Part shown: positions 1 through 9,076 of the stretch, one piece after another | How the letters are laid out: each line of letters opens with the position of its first letter | How positions within the stretch are numbered: the first letter of the stretch is position 1 | NCBI GenBank assembly: GCA_039794845.1 | Contig: JAUQVK010000115.1 | Location: 44,655-108,654, forward strand | Length of the DNA: 64,000 nt | Direction: 5' to 3' | From: Thermostichus sp. DRC_bins_24 | GTDB taxonomy: Bacteria > Cyanobacteriota > Cyanobacteriia > Thermostichales > Thermostichaceae | Made by a program: the position numbers and the translations under genes | Notes under the pieces: model-generated | What the model was told of the DNA's origin: nothing | Database searches by the model: none | What the model saw: the letters and a program-made list of their open reading frames with translations, nothing else

Positions 1-720
1 GTCATCCGCCACTTTGGTGGGATCCAGGGTGACACCGGGAATGTTGAACCAAAACCCAATCCAGGTGACGCGGAATTCCAACTCTTCAGGGCGGTCGCGG
101 TAGTTATCCCAGCAGTACTTCGCCCCCAGGTAGGCAGCCGCAGCATAGCGGCGGGTTTCATCGTTGATCAGGGGCCCCAACATGCCAATTTTGCCGGTTT
201 CGGATCCCAAAGCTGCGGCACATCCCGCCACCATGCGCATTTCTTCCATTTGGGGCATGATGTTGGCCAGGTTGGGCTGATCGATGTAGTTTTTCCCCTC
301 CTGCCAGGCCATATCTCCAGAGGCATGGATGACGGCGATCTCGGGATATTTACGGGCGGTCTCGACAGCATCATCTTTGTGGTCATCAGAGGTAAAGATG
401 ATCACCTTGGCCCCCTGGGCAATCATGTCGTCGGCCACTTGGGATCCCCGCACATTTGGCCGATCCGCCGGGTTCACCTTATCCAGATAGTCAAACTCCA
501 CGCCGGGCAATTGGGCCATGACATATTGGCTTCCTTCGACGTGGGCTTGGCTCCAGCCGCCATCTTGCATCGGCCCCACCAGCACCATGCCCACTTTGAA
601 GGTGTCTTGCGCTGAAGTGGGGGTGGATCCCACTAGAGCGGCAACCGATAGGCCAACAGCCAGGCTCTTCAAGGGAGAAAAAGTACGGATCAGACTCCAG
701 TTCACAAGCAGCTCCGACAC
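1..720 (-). CDS. BMP-family ABC transporter substrate-binding protein (purine/nucleoside type), 5' part; runs off the window
   Basis: Not in the ORF track. My translation: signal peptide ...VAALVGSTPTSA-QDTFKVGMVLVGPMQDGGWSQAHVEG...TGKIGMLGPLINDETRRYAAAAYLGA, typical of BMP/PnrA proteins. Start is GTG at 720 or 705. Confidence 0.85.
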   Translation of the reverse strand, partial: MSELLVNWSLIRTFSPLKSLAVGLSVAALVGSTPTSAQDTFKVGMVLVGPMQDGGWSQAHVEGSQYVMAQLPGVEFDYLDKVNPADRPNVRGSQVADDMIAQGAKVIIFTSDDHKDDAVETARKYPEIAVIHASGDMAWQEGKNYIDQPNLANIMPQMEEMRMVAGCAAALGSETGKIGMLGPLINDETRRYAAAAYLGAKYCWDNYRDRPEELEFRVTWIGFWFNIPGVTLDPTKVADD

Positions 721-797
721 GACAGTACAAAAGGGGGCAGGAATGATCCCGAAAGAGAATCTCGAATTCCATCATGAGGATCTTACTCCAGCGCATT

Positions 798-811
798 GTA
801 TCTAGCGCTAC
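798..811 (-). promoter_or_regulatory. NtcA-binding site upstream of the BMP gene
   Basis: Perfect GTA-N8-TAC (GTAtctagcgcTAC). A -10-like CATGAT lies 21 nt downstream on the minus strand, which is class II spacing. Confidence 0.6.
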
Positions 812-819
812 TGAAAGAA

Positions 820-861
820 GATCCCGGACAAAGGAGAAAGGATCCCGGACAAAGGAGAAAG
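820..861. repeat. Perfect 21-bp tandem duplication
   Basis: GATCCCGGACAAAGGAGAAAG x2 (820-840, 841-861). Confidence 0.95.
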
Positions 862-874
862 TTCTCAACGGTTC

Positions 875-998
875 GTGACATCCTCCCGACGCAATGCCCA
901 GCGGGTAGAGCGCGGGACTTAATTGTGCTCCGCACGACCCGGAGGGTCATTGTGCTCCGTAGCGCAGCGTGCCGCAGGCTTACCCCTCATGGGTTAAA
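875..998 (-). mobile_element. Miniature non-coding IS200/IS605-like element, copy A
   Basis: Near-identical to the reverse complement of 5671-5796. The minus strand reads TTTAAC-CCATGAGGGG...TCCCGCGCTCTA...GCGTCGGGAGGATGTCAC. Confidence 0.6.
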
Positions 999-1288
999 GC
1001 TTGCGGAAGGTCGTGGTTGCGCACATAAAAAAAGCCGATGGTTTGGCAGGCGGTGGCTATTTCCGTGGCGACGGCTTGGCGAGCCTGGGGATCCCCTGAG
1101 AAAAACGGGGCCAAATCAACACTGGGCACCGAGATGGGCGAGCTCATGGGCAATCCTCAGGGTTGGCAGCAGGCAGGTTCATACCCGAAAGCAGTCTGGG
1201 CAAACCCATGCCTTTTTTCTGTGCTGGGCAATGCCGGTATCGGGTTGGAACCGGGCCGTGAAAAAGAGGGATCCCCGCTTGGGTCAGG

Positions 1289-4069
1289 ATGGAGGATAAG
1301 AGCACCACGAGTACGGCCGGAATGGATCTGATCCTGTGTCATCAGTCGGCGGATTTTGACACCCTTGGGGCGGCGGTGGGGGCAGCACGGCTGTATCCGG
1401 GGGCACGCATTGTCTTAACCGGGGGATCCCTGCCGGGGGTTCAGGAGTTTTTGTCTTTGCACCGGGATGAATTTCCTTTGCTTGAGCTGCGTTCGGTGGA
1501 TCCGCAACAGGTTCAGCAGTGGATTTTGGTGGATTGCCACGATCCGGATCGCCTGGGCAAGGCCGCTGCCTGGTTGAGCGCCCCTGGGGTTGCCATCGAA
1601 ATTTTTGACCACCATGTGGGGGATCCAGAAACCCCAGCTGAAGCCTTTTGGCCCCAACAGCGGGTTACCAGCCATATCGAAGCGGTGGGGGCTACTTGTA
1701 CGCTTTTGGTGGAGCGAGTGCGGGCTGCCGGGATCCTGCTCACTCCCTTCGAGCGATTGGCTCTGGCCCTGGGCATTCACATGGATACGGGATCCCTCAC
1801 CTTTCCAGAAACCACGGCCCGGGATGCCGAGGCCCTCAGTTGGCTCTTGGGGCAAGGGATCAATTTGGTGTTGTTGCGGCGGTTTTTGGGAGATGGTCTC
1901 ACCCCGGAGATGCGCGAACTGCTCAGCCAAGGGCTGACCCAGATGCAGGTGCGGCAGGTGGGGGGCTATCGCCTGGCGGAGTGGTTACTGGACTTGCCGG
2001 AGTTTGTGCCCGGTTTGGCGGGCTTGGTGATGCGGCTGATGGATTTGACGGATGTGGATGTGTTGATCTTGGTGGCGCGGCAAGGAGAGCGTTTGAGCCT
2101 AATCGGTCGGGCGCGGCAGGATTTTGCCCAGTTGGGAAAAGTCATGGCCCTCTACGGCGGCGGCGGACACGATTGTGCGGCAGCAGCCACCCTCAAAGCC
2201 AGCCCAGACCAGCCTCTACCCAACCCAGCGGAAGTGGCGGCAGTGTTAAGGCAGGCCATAGAAGAGCGGATCCCGCCGCCGGTGACGGCGCAAGATCTGA
2301 TGTCGGCCCCGGTACGCACCATTCGCCCAGAAACCACCATCGACGAAGCCCAACGGGTGCTGTTGCGCTACGGCCATTCCGGCTTGGTGGTGGTGGATGC
2401 CGAAGCGCAATTGGTGGGGGTGATCTCGCGGCGGGATATCGATATCGCCCTACACCATGGGTTTGGCCATGCCCCCGTCAAAGGGTACATGACCACCGAG
2501 GTGAAAACCCTCTCACCCGATACGCCCCTGGCCCAGATCCAGCAGCTGATGGTGAATTGGGATATTGGTCGGCTGCCGGTGCTCAAGGATGGACAGTTGC
2601 TGGGCATTGTCACCCGTACGGATGTGCTGCGCCACTTGCACGAGTTGCCTTCCTTTTCCCCGTTGTTTGCCCCCAAACGGGATCCCGTCCATCCTCACCG
2701 CTTGGATCTCACCTTCGCAGCCCTGTCAGAACAGCACCGACGACTGCTCGACCAAGCCGCCCGGGTGGCAGAAGACCTCGGCCTTAAGGTGTATTTGGTG
2801 GGGGGGGCGGTGCGGGATCTGTTGCTGTACCAATGGGGTCGTCAACCTCTGCCGGATCTCGACCGTTTGGACTTGGACTTGGTGGTGGATGGGCCTTATC
2901 CGCTGCGGGGGGATGGAGCAGATCCGACGGGATGGGGGCTGATCCTGGGGCAAGCATTACAAAAGCAGTTTCCAGAAGCGCGGCTGGAGATCCACGGCAA
3001 ATTTCAAACGGCTGCCCTGATTTGGCCGGGAGGATTTTGTGTGGATATTGCCAGTGCCCGCACGGAGTTTTATCCGTATCCGGCCTCTCCTCCAGAAGTG
3101 GCGATGGGATCCATCCAGCAAGACTTGTATCGGCGGGATTTTTCCATCAATGCCCTTGCCCTGCGCCTGAACGGGCCACAACGGGGGCAACTGCTGGATT
3201 TTTTCGGTGGGCAAGCGGATCTGCGGCAGGGGGTGATCCGGGTTTTGCATCCCAACAGCTTCATCGAGGATCCCACCCGGATTTACCGGGCGGTGCGCTT
3301 TGCGGTGCGTCTGGGCTTTTCTCTGGATCCGAGCACCGAAGAACGCATCCGGGTTGCCGTGGCCAGTGGGTTACACGATGCCGTCGGCGGGGATCGCCTC
3401 AAGCAGGAGCTGGCCTACATTCTCGGATCCCGCTATTGGCCTCTGGCTTTGCAAAAACTGGCGGAATGGGGGGCCTTGCGCTGTATCCACCCTGACCTGG
3501 AATGGGATCCATCCCTGCGCCAGCGGCTACAACGGGTCGGCTCTTGGGCCAGACATTGGCGTCGTCGTTACCCCGAGCTGGGATCCCATGAAATTTGGCA
3601 ACTGCGCCTCGAAGCCCTTCTTCTGACCCTGCCCCAAGCACCCCAGGTGGCCGGCCAACTGCACCTCACCCAAGCGGGCATCGAACGCCTCGGCAACTAT
3701 CCCCATTACCAAACCCTCTTGGCCCAATTGCAGCCGGATCTTTCCCCCGGTGAGGTGGTGCAACGACTTCAAGGGGTGCGGATCCCGGCGCTGATTTTGT
3801 TGGCCAGTATTGCCCCCAAACCGGCACGGTGGCTGATCTGGCGCTACCTGCAGGAGTGGCATGGGGTAAAACCGGTGCTCAACGGGCACGATTTGCGTCA
3901 TCTGGGCTATCCGCCGGGCCGCCATTTCCAGGAGATTTTGGATCAACTGCGGTACCGCACCCTCAACGGCGAACTCACCACTCCGGCAGCAGCTGAGACC
4001 TGGCTAAAGGCGCATTTTCCGCCCCCTCTGCCGTCCAAGGATCATCACAAAAATCATCAGTCGAAATAA
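1289..4069 (+). CDS. DHH/DHHA1-CBS-tRNA nucleotidyltransferase fusion (cyanobacterial A-adding type enzyme)
   Basis: DFD, DHH and GGGH motifs; a CBS pair; class II nucleotidyltransferase motifs VGGAVRD, DLDLVVDG, DLYRRDFSINA and EDPTRI. Confidence 0.93.
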   Translation: MEDKSTTSTAGMDLILCHQSADFDTLGAAVGAARLYPGARIVLTGGSLPGVQEFLSLHRDEFPLLELRSVDPQQVQQWILVDCHDPDRLGKAAAWLSAPGVAIEIFDHHVGDPETPAEAFWPQQRVTSHIEAVGATCTLLVERVRAAGILLTPFERLALALGIHMDTGSLTFPETTARDAEALSWLLGQGINLVLLRRFLGDGLTPEMRELLSQGLTQMQVRQVGGYRLAEWLLDLPEFVPGLAGLVMRLMDLTDVDVLILVARQGERLSLIGRARQDFAQLGKVMALYGGGGHDCAAAATLKASPDQPLPNPAEVAAVLRQAIEERIPPPVTAQDLMSAPVRTIRPETTIDEAQRVLLRYGHSGLVVVDAEAQLVGVISRRDIDIALHHGFGHAPVKGYMTTEVKTLSPDTPLAQIQQLMVNWDIGRLPVLKDGQLLGIVTRTDVLRHLHELPSFSPLFAPKRDPVHPHRLDLTFAALSEQHRRLLDQAARVAEDLGLKVYLVGGAVRDLLLYQWGRQPLPDLDRLDLDLVVDGPYPLRGDGADPTGWGLILGQALQKQFPEARLEIHGKFQTAALIWPGGFCVDIASARTEFYPYPASPPEVAMGSIQQDLYRRDFSINALALRLNGPQRGQLLDFFGGQADLRQGVIRVLHPNSFIEDPTRIYRAVRFAVRLGFSLDPSTEERIRVAVASGLHDAVGGDRLKQELAYILGSRYWPLALQKLAEWGALRCIHPDLEWDPSLRQRLQRVGSWARHWRRRYPELGSHEIWQLRLEALLLTLPQAPQVAGQLHLTQAGIERLGNYPHYQTLLAQLQPDLSPGEVVQRLQGVRIPALILLASIAPKPARWLIWRYLQEWHGVKPVLNGHDLRHLGYPPGRHFQEILDQLRYRTLNGELTTPAAAETWLKAHFPPPLPSKDHHKNHQSK

Positions 4070-4563
4070 AACAAAGTCACCAGCTTGTGCTGATCCTCAG
4101 CGTGCCTGCAGGCATCCAAGAGCGTGACGCTATCGTGAAAGACGAAGCAGATCAGCTGCTGACACTTGCTGATGATCTCGAGGTTGCACAGACGGCTGGC
4201 CTCCGCCAGAGGGAGATGGTCGTTTTCGGGGTGTTCCACCAAATGCAATACCTGCTCGAGGCTGGCCCGCGACTCCGCCGGTTGCCGATCCAAGCTTTGG
4301 GGCAAAATTACCGTCAAGGATTTCATATCCGCCCGCATTGCCCCCCGGATCACAGCCAAATTGGTGCCGATGGCCCCGGAAGTAAGAATGTGGTTGCCGG
4401 TGAGGGCGAGCGCGTAGCTAAGGGTTTCGATCAAATACTGGTGGGTGATGGGCACATGACGACTGCCCAAGATTGCGATTCGCTTCGGCCCGACTTGCTG
4501 AATGGCGGCCAACTCCTGCAAAAACGTATCAACGCTCGCGGAGATATCAATAGACTGGGTCAA
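4057..4563 (-). CDS. SLOG/DprA-like Rossmann-fold protein (conserved cyanobacterial type)
   Basis: RIAILGSRH...ILTSGAIGTN...ICFVFHDS; overlaps the convergent gene by 13 bp. Confidence 0.8.
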   Translation of the reverse strand: MTQSIDISASVDTFLQELAAIQQVGPKRIAILGSRHVPITHQYLIETLSYALALTGNHILTSGAIGTNLAVIRGAMRADMKSLTVILPQSLDRQPAESRASLEQVLHLVEHPENDHLPLAEASRLCNLEIISKCQQLICFVFHDSVTLLDACRHAEDQHKLVTLFYFD

Positions 4564-4658
4564 CGGGATCCCTCGGCAGAAGCTTGGCTAAACTCCGTTA
4601 TCTTACACCGCTGCTTCGGGATCCAGCTAGAGATGTCTTGGCCCAGAAATCCAGCAGA

Positions 4659-5630
4659 TTAAGTGGGGCGCAAAGGGCTGCTTGAAGGAGGCTGGACTTG
4701 GCTTTGCGCAGGGGTACTCGCTGCCAGTTCGATGCTGTAGCGCATGCTGCTGTGAATGCCCCTACCCAACCACTGGCCACTGATGGGAGTCGCCCCGCGG
4801 GGATGAGGGCTGGCGGCTAAGGCGATGTGTTGATCGGCAACGGCCAATCCTTGGGTTGGGTCAAACCCCCGCCAGCCCGCTCCTGGCAAATACACCTCCG
4901 CCCAGGCGTGCAGGTGGTGGTGGGCCGGGTTCTGGCTCATGGCGGGATCCGTTTTGGGTTCTTCAACAGCTTCTGCGGGCAATTCCGGAGGGCTGACTTG
5001 TGGGCTAGGCTCCGGCCGGACTTGATAGCCACTGACAAAGCGCGCTGCCAAGCCCACCGTGCGACAGACCTCCATGAACAACAGGGTCAGATCCCGACAG
5101 GAGCCGGTTTTGCGATGCCAGGTGAGGCCCGCCGGCCAGGGATCCCCTTTTTCCCGCAGGATGTAGCGGCATTCGCTGTAGATGTGTTGGTTCAGGTGGT
5201 GCAAAAAAGCAGTGCTGTTTCCATGGACTTGATCCCAAAGTTCCCAAGCCAGGGTTTGCACCGTAGCTTCGCCCTGCGGAGTGAGATAGGGCTGTAGCTG
5301 AACGGCCAAGGCACTGGGGTAGTCAATGGGGAGATGGGTGGCCCAATCCAAAAGCAGGTAGTCGAAGGGGTTTTGCCGTAGGGTGAGCACCGTAGCCTGC
5401 GTTTCAATGCGCAGATGCTCTGTGGGATCTCCGAACCACACCAATTCAGTCGCGTTGCCCTCCAAATCCACCAGTGCCGAGCTACCCACCGGGGGCGGAT
5501 CCACCTGTAAGTCAAAGGCCAAAAGGGTTTGGATCCCGTCACAGCGAGGCCGCAGACGCAGGGTATGGGGTTCCAACCGGGCTGGACTGCTGTAGCGGTA
5601 TTCGAGGAGATGGCGAATTTGAATTTGCAC
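4659..5630 (-). CDS. Transglutaminase-like family protein
   Basis: Cys-His-Asp triad motifs GSCRD, ARFVSGY, HAWAEVY, GWRGFDPT. Confidence 0.92.
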   Translation of the reverse strand: MQIQIRHLLEYRYSSPARLEPHTLRLRPRCDGIQTLLAFDLQVDPPPVGSSALVDLEGNATELVWFGDPTEHLRIETQATVLTLRQNPFDYLLLDWATHLPIDYPSALAVQLQPYLTPQGEATVQTLAWELWDQVHGNSTAFLHHLNQHIYSECRYILREKGDPWPAGLTWHRKTGSCRDLTLLFMEVCRTVGLAARFVSGYQVRPEPSPQVSPPELPAEAVEEPKTDPAMSQNPAHHHLHAWAEVYLPGAGWRGFDPTQGLAVADQHIALAASPHPRGATPISGQWLGRGIHSSMRYSIELAASTPAQSQVQPPSSSPLRPT

Positions 5631-5639
5631 AAGCTGTAG

Positions 5640-5677
5640 AATTCAATCTCATTTAACTAATTCAATCTCATTTAACT
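5640..5677. repeat. Perfect 19-bp tandem duplication
   Basis: AATTCAATCTCATTTAACT x2, overlapping the left junction of element copy B. Confidence 0.95.
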
Positions 5678-5796
5678 AATGAGGGGTAAGCCTGCCGCAC
5701 GCTGCGCTACGGGGAGGACGATGACCCTCCGGGTCGTGCGGAGCACAATTAAGTCCCGCGCTCTACCCGCTAGGCATTGCGTCGGGAGGATGTCCC
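5671..5796 (+). mobile_element. Miniature non-coding IS200/IS605-like element, copy B
   Basis: TTTAAC-TAATGAGGGGTAAG...TCCCGCGCTCTA...GCGTCGGGAGGATGTCCC; inverted near-identical copy of 875-998. Confidence 0.6.
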
Positions 5797-5843
5797 TTCA
5801 ATGCATGGGATCCATCACAAACCCCACGGCGGGAATTCTAAGC

Positions 5844-6374
5844 TTACCGCTGCACCGCCTCCACCAGAGATTGGATCCCGGCTTGCAGGCGCTCCTCAAT
5901 GTCTGCTTCTAGCTGCAGCTTTCCGTTGGCATCAAACTGAATTTGAGCGCTGAGAATGTAAATACCTTTCAAGATCGTCGTCGCCCCCATCACCGACAGC
6001 ACCGGCTTCATGGCGAAGTCAATGGCAAGCAAATGGGCCAATGTTCCCCCTGTCGCTATCGGTAGGATCACTTTCCCCGTCAGGGCATCTTGGTCGAGCA
6101 GATCCAATAGTGCCTTGAAAACCCCTGGGTAGGAAGCTTTGTAAACCGGGGCAGAGATGAGGATCCCATCTGCCTGAACCACTTTTTCTTGAATCTGCTT
6201 GAGCTGCGGGCTATCGAACCGGGTCAGTACCAAATCTTCTGGGGGTAGATCTCGCACCGAGACGAACTGGGTGGCGAAGCCCGGACTGGGCAGCAGCCCG
6301 GCGGCATGATGCAAGAGCGCCTCTGAGCGAGAGTTGGCACTAGGACTCCCCGAGAGCAAGAGAATATCAGGCAT
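5844..6374 (-). CDS. ssuE: NADPH-dependent FMN reductase
   Basis: LLLSGSPSANSRS, PVYKASYPGVFKALLDLL, PIATGGTLAHLLAIDF; start placed at MPDILL. Confidence 0.88.
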   Translation of the reverse strand: MPDILLLSGSPSANSRSEALLHHAAGLLPSPGFATQFVSVRDLPPEDLVLTRFDSPQLKQIQEKVVQADGILISAPVYKASYPGVFKALLDLLDQDALTGKVILPIATGGTLAHLLAIDFAMKPVLSVMGATTILKGIYILSAQIQFDANGKLQLEADIEERLQAGIQSLVEAVQR

Positions 6375-6488
6375 GAAGGAGAGAGAGAAAACTTGTCTCC
6401 GTTGTACCAGGGATCCGACTGCTGTTGGCAGAGCAACCCTTTCATCGTCCAATCCACGGCTCTTGACCGATACTCTCAAAAGCAACTC

Positions 6489-7718
6489 TCAAAAGGTGCT
6501 GGTCAGGCGGCGCATCGCTTCTTCCACATTGGCACGGCTATTAAAAGCCGACAGACGGAAATATCCTTCTCCGGCACTGCCGAACCCAGAACCGGGGGTT
6601 CCGACCACATGACAATGGTGCAGCAGTTTATCAAAGAAATCCCAACTGCTCAGCCCGTCCGGCGTTTTCACCCAAACATAGGGGGCGTTCACCCCACCGT
6701 AGACCTGGATCCCGGCGGCGGTCAGTTGCTCCCGAATGATGCGGGCGTTCTCGAGGTAAAACTCCACCAAGCTGCGCACCTGTGCCTGCCCTGCTTCTGA
6801 ATAGACGGCCTCCGCCCCTCGCTGCACAATGTAGGACACCCCATTGAATTTGGTAGATTGGCGGCGATTCCACAAACTCCACAGCTCTACCCGGGATCCG
6901 TCGCCGGCCTCCCCCTGCAAGGATTTGGGCACCACCGTAAAGGCACAGCGGGTACCGGTAAACCCGGCGGTCTTGGAAAACGAGCGAAACTCAATGGCAC
7001 AGTCTCGCGCCCCTTCCACTTCGTAGATGGAGTGGGGGATCCCGGGTTCCGTAATGTAGGCTTCGTAGGCGGCATCGAACAAAATCAGGGATCCATGGGT
7101 GCGGGCATAGTTCACCCAGTCCTGCAAATGCTCCCGTGTCGCCACCGCTCCCGTGGGATTGTTGGGAAAACAGAGGTAGATCACGTCCACCTTCCGGGTG
7201 GGAATGCCGGCGGTGAAATGATTCTCAGCCGTAATGGGCAGATAGATCAGGCCCTCATACTCACCTCGGTCGTTGGCTGCGCCCGTGTGGCCGGCCATGA
7301 CGTTGGTATCCACATACACCGGGTATACCGGATCGGTAACGGCGATGGTGTTGTCGTTGCCGAGGATGTCGAGGATGTTGCCACAGTCGCACTTAGAGCC
7401 ATCGGAGATGAAAATCTCCGATGCATCGATATCGCAGCCCCGCGCCTGAAAGTCCTGCCGGGCGATCGCCTGGCGCAACCACTCGTACCCCTGCTCCGGC
7501 CCGTAGCCCCTGAAGGTGGCCGGATCCCCCATTTCTTCCACCGCTCGAATCATGGCAGTCCGACAGGCTTCGGGTAAAGGCTCTGTTACATCGCCAATGC
7601 CCATTTTGATGATGGAGGCGGTGGGGTTGGCTTCAGCAAAGGCTCGCACCCGGCGGGCAATTTCGGGGAAGAGGTATCCGGCCTTGAGCTTGAGGTAGTG
7701 GTCGTTGATCCTGGCCAT
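6489..7718 (-). CDS. dapL: LL-diaminopimelate aminotransferase
   Basis: [39 protein letters not shown]. Confidence 0.97.
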   Translation of the reverse strand: MARINDHYLKLKAGYLFPEIARRVRAFAEANPTASIIKMGIGDVTEPLPEACRTAMIRAVEEMGDPATFRGYGPEQGYEWLRQAIARQDFQARGCDIDASEIFISDGSKCDCGNILDILGNDNTIAVTDPVYPVYVDTNVMAGHTGAANDRGEYEGLIYLPITAENHFTAGIPTRKVDVIYLCFPNNPTGAVATREHLQDWVNYARTHGSLILFDAAYEAYITEPGIPHSIYEVEGARDCAIEFRSFSKTAGFTGTRCAFTVVPKSLQGEAGDGSRVELWSLWNRRQSTKFNGVSYIVQRGAEAVYSEAGQAQVRSLVEFYLENARIIREQLTAAGIQVYGGVNAPYVWVKTPDGLSSWDFFDKLLHHCHVVGTPGSGFGSAGEGYFRLSAFNSRANVEEAMRRLTSTF

Positions 7719-7863
7719 AGGGGTTGGGCGATGAGAATATCTGTCGGCCCTACAGTGTAGCTGAAGCCGGCTCCCGAGAACCTATGGCCACAACCTCAGG
7801 AGCAAGCCCCAGCATGGACTACTCCCCCACGCTATGCTGTAGGGGCGAAGATTGTGTAGAAAC

Positions 7864-8037
7864 ATGAACATCCTGCGTCAATACGTCTTCCCGGCTCTGA
7901 TCCTGTTGGTATTTCTGTTTACCTTGGTGGTGGTGAGCATCCGCTCCTTCCTGCCGGGAGACATGGCTCAGCCTGCCCCGATAGAAGACCTACCCTCGGT
8001 ATCACTCTCTGCCGTGCCGATGCTTGAGAATGTCTGA
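7864..8037 (+). CDS. Small single-TM membrane protein (57 aa)
   Basis: MNILRQYVFPALILLVFLFTLVVVSIRSFLPGDMAQPAP; stop overlaps the start of the next gene. Confidence 0.7.
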   Translation: MNILRQYVFPALILLVFLFTLVVVSIRSFLPGDMAQPAPIEDLPSVSLSAVPMLENV

Positions 8038-8539
8038 ATCCGGAATCCTGTTGCCCCCTGGCTACCGCTGGCGCACCGGCTCCGCCTGGGATCGGCCCCG
8101 GGTTCGGCAAAGCTTGCAGGCGACTTTGCAAGAAGCTTTTCCGGAGCAAGCCCACTGGGATCACCTGGAGATAACCCTGGATCGGCTGTTCGATCCACCC
8201 AGTACCCCCTGCTGGTGGATCCTAGAGGAAGCAACCGGGGAACCGGTGGGCTGCGTTTGGGTGGGCATTTCCACAGACCAAGCCACCTACCGGCGGGTCG
8301 CGTATATTTTCTTGCTCTGGGTGGATCCCGGGCACCGACGACGAGGGCTGGGCAGAGCTCTGATTCAGCAGGTGGAACGGTGGGGATCCCAGCAGCAGCT
8401 GGCGGCCATCACCCTACAGGTCTACCATCACAACCAAGCTGCCCTCAGTCTCTATCGACAGGCAGATTTTGCGGTGCAAGGCTACTGGCTCCACAAACCC
8501 CTCGGCCCGACTCTTTCCGAGAATCATGAAGTTTTGTAA
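8030..8539 (+). CDS. GNAT N-acetyltransferase
   Basis: LWVDPGHRRRGLGRAL, NQAALSLY. Confidence 0.88.
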   Translation: MSESGILLPPGYRWRTGSAWDRPRVRQSLQATLQEAFPEQAHWDHLEITLDRLFDPPSTPCWWILEEATGEPVGCVWVGISTDQATYRRVAYIFLLWVDPGHRRRGLGRALIQQVERWGSQQQLAAITLQVYHHNQAALSLYRQADFAVQGYWLHKPLGPTLSENHEVL

Positions 8540-8606
8540 ATAAACTGGGAGCTACCCTCAGTTGCTCTTTTGATGAAACTAGCGGCGTTGACTGGAGGGA
8601 ATACCC

Positions 8607-8897
8607 ATGTCCAGACCTGTCAAACTGAGCGAAACCGAGATCAACACAAAATTGGACAACCTGCCCGGATGGTCTTTGGAGTCTGGCAAACTGCATCGAC
8701 AGTTTCAATTTGGCTCCTTTGTTGAAGCCTTTGGCTGGATGAGCAGCGTTGCTTTGGTGGCCGAGAGCATGGGGCATCACCCCGAGTGGAGCAATGTCTA
8801 CAACCGCGTCCGTGTGGATCTCACCACCCACGATGCTGGGGGCATCACAGAACTGGACTTCACCTTGGCGCAGCGCATGAGCGAATTGGCCAAGTGA
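8607..8897 (+). CDS. phhB: Pterin-4a-carbinolamine dehydratase
   Basis: AESMGHHPEWSNVYNRV, LTTHDAGGITELDF; RBS GGAGG. Confidence 0.93.
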   Translation: MSRPVKLSETEINTKLDNLPGWSLESGKLHRQFQFGSFVEAFGWMSSVALVAESMGHHPEWSNVYNRVRVDLTTHDAGGITELDFTLAQRMSELAK

Positions 8898-9076
8898 CCT
8901 ACTCCCAACGCTAGGTCAAGCTACGCTGAGACGGCTTCGATTCTTCAGCATAGATTCAGGGATGGGAAGGATTTGAGGGGTGAAGCACAATCCTTTCAGG
9001 AGGCAACTGCACACGGTAAGATAAAACTTCTCGGGCCAAAGCTTGGCCTACTTCCGCCCCACCCGTTCAGGATCCC

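Noticed and set aside
491..1299. ORFs 491-868 and 796-1299 with repeated peptides (FSFVRDP, KDPGQRR)
   Set aside because: Read-through of the 21-bp duplication and the mini-element; not protein-like.
1648..2787. Long alternative-frame ORFs (this one, 35505-36593 and similar)
   Set aside because: Shadow ORFs of GC-rich coding DNA, rich in Gly/Ala/Arg/Pro and overlapping well-supported genes.
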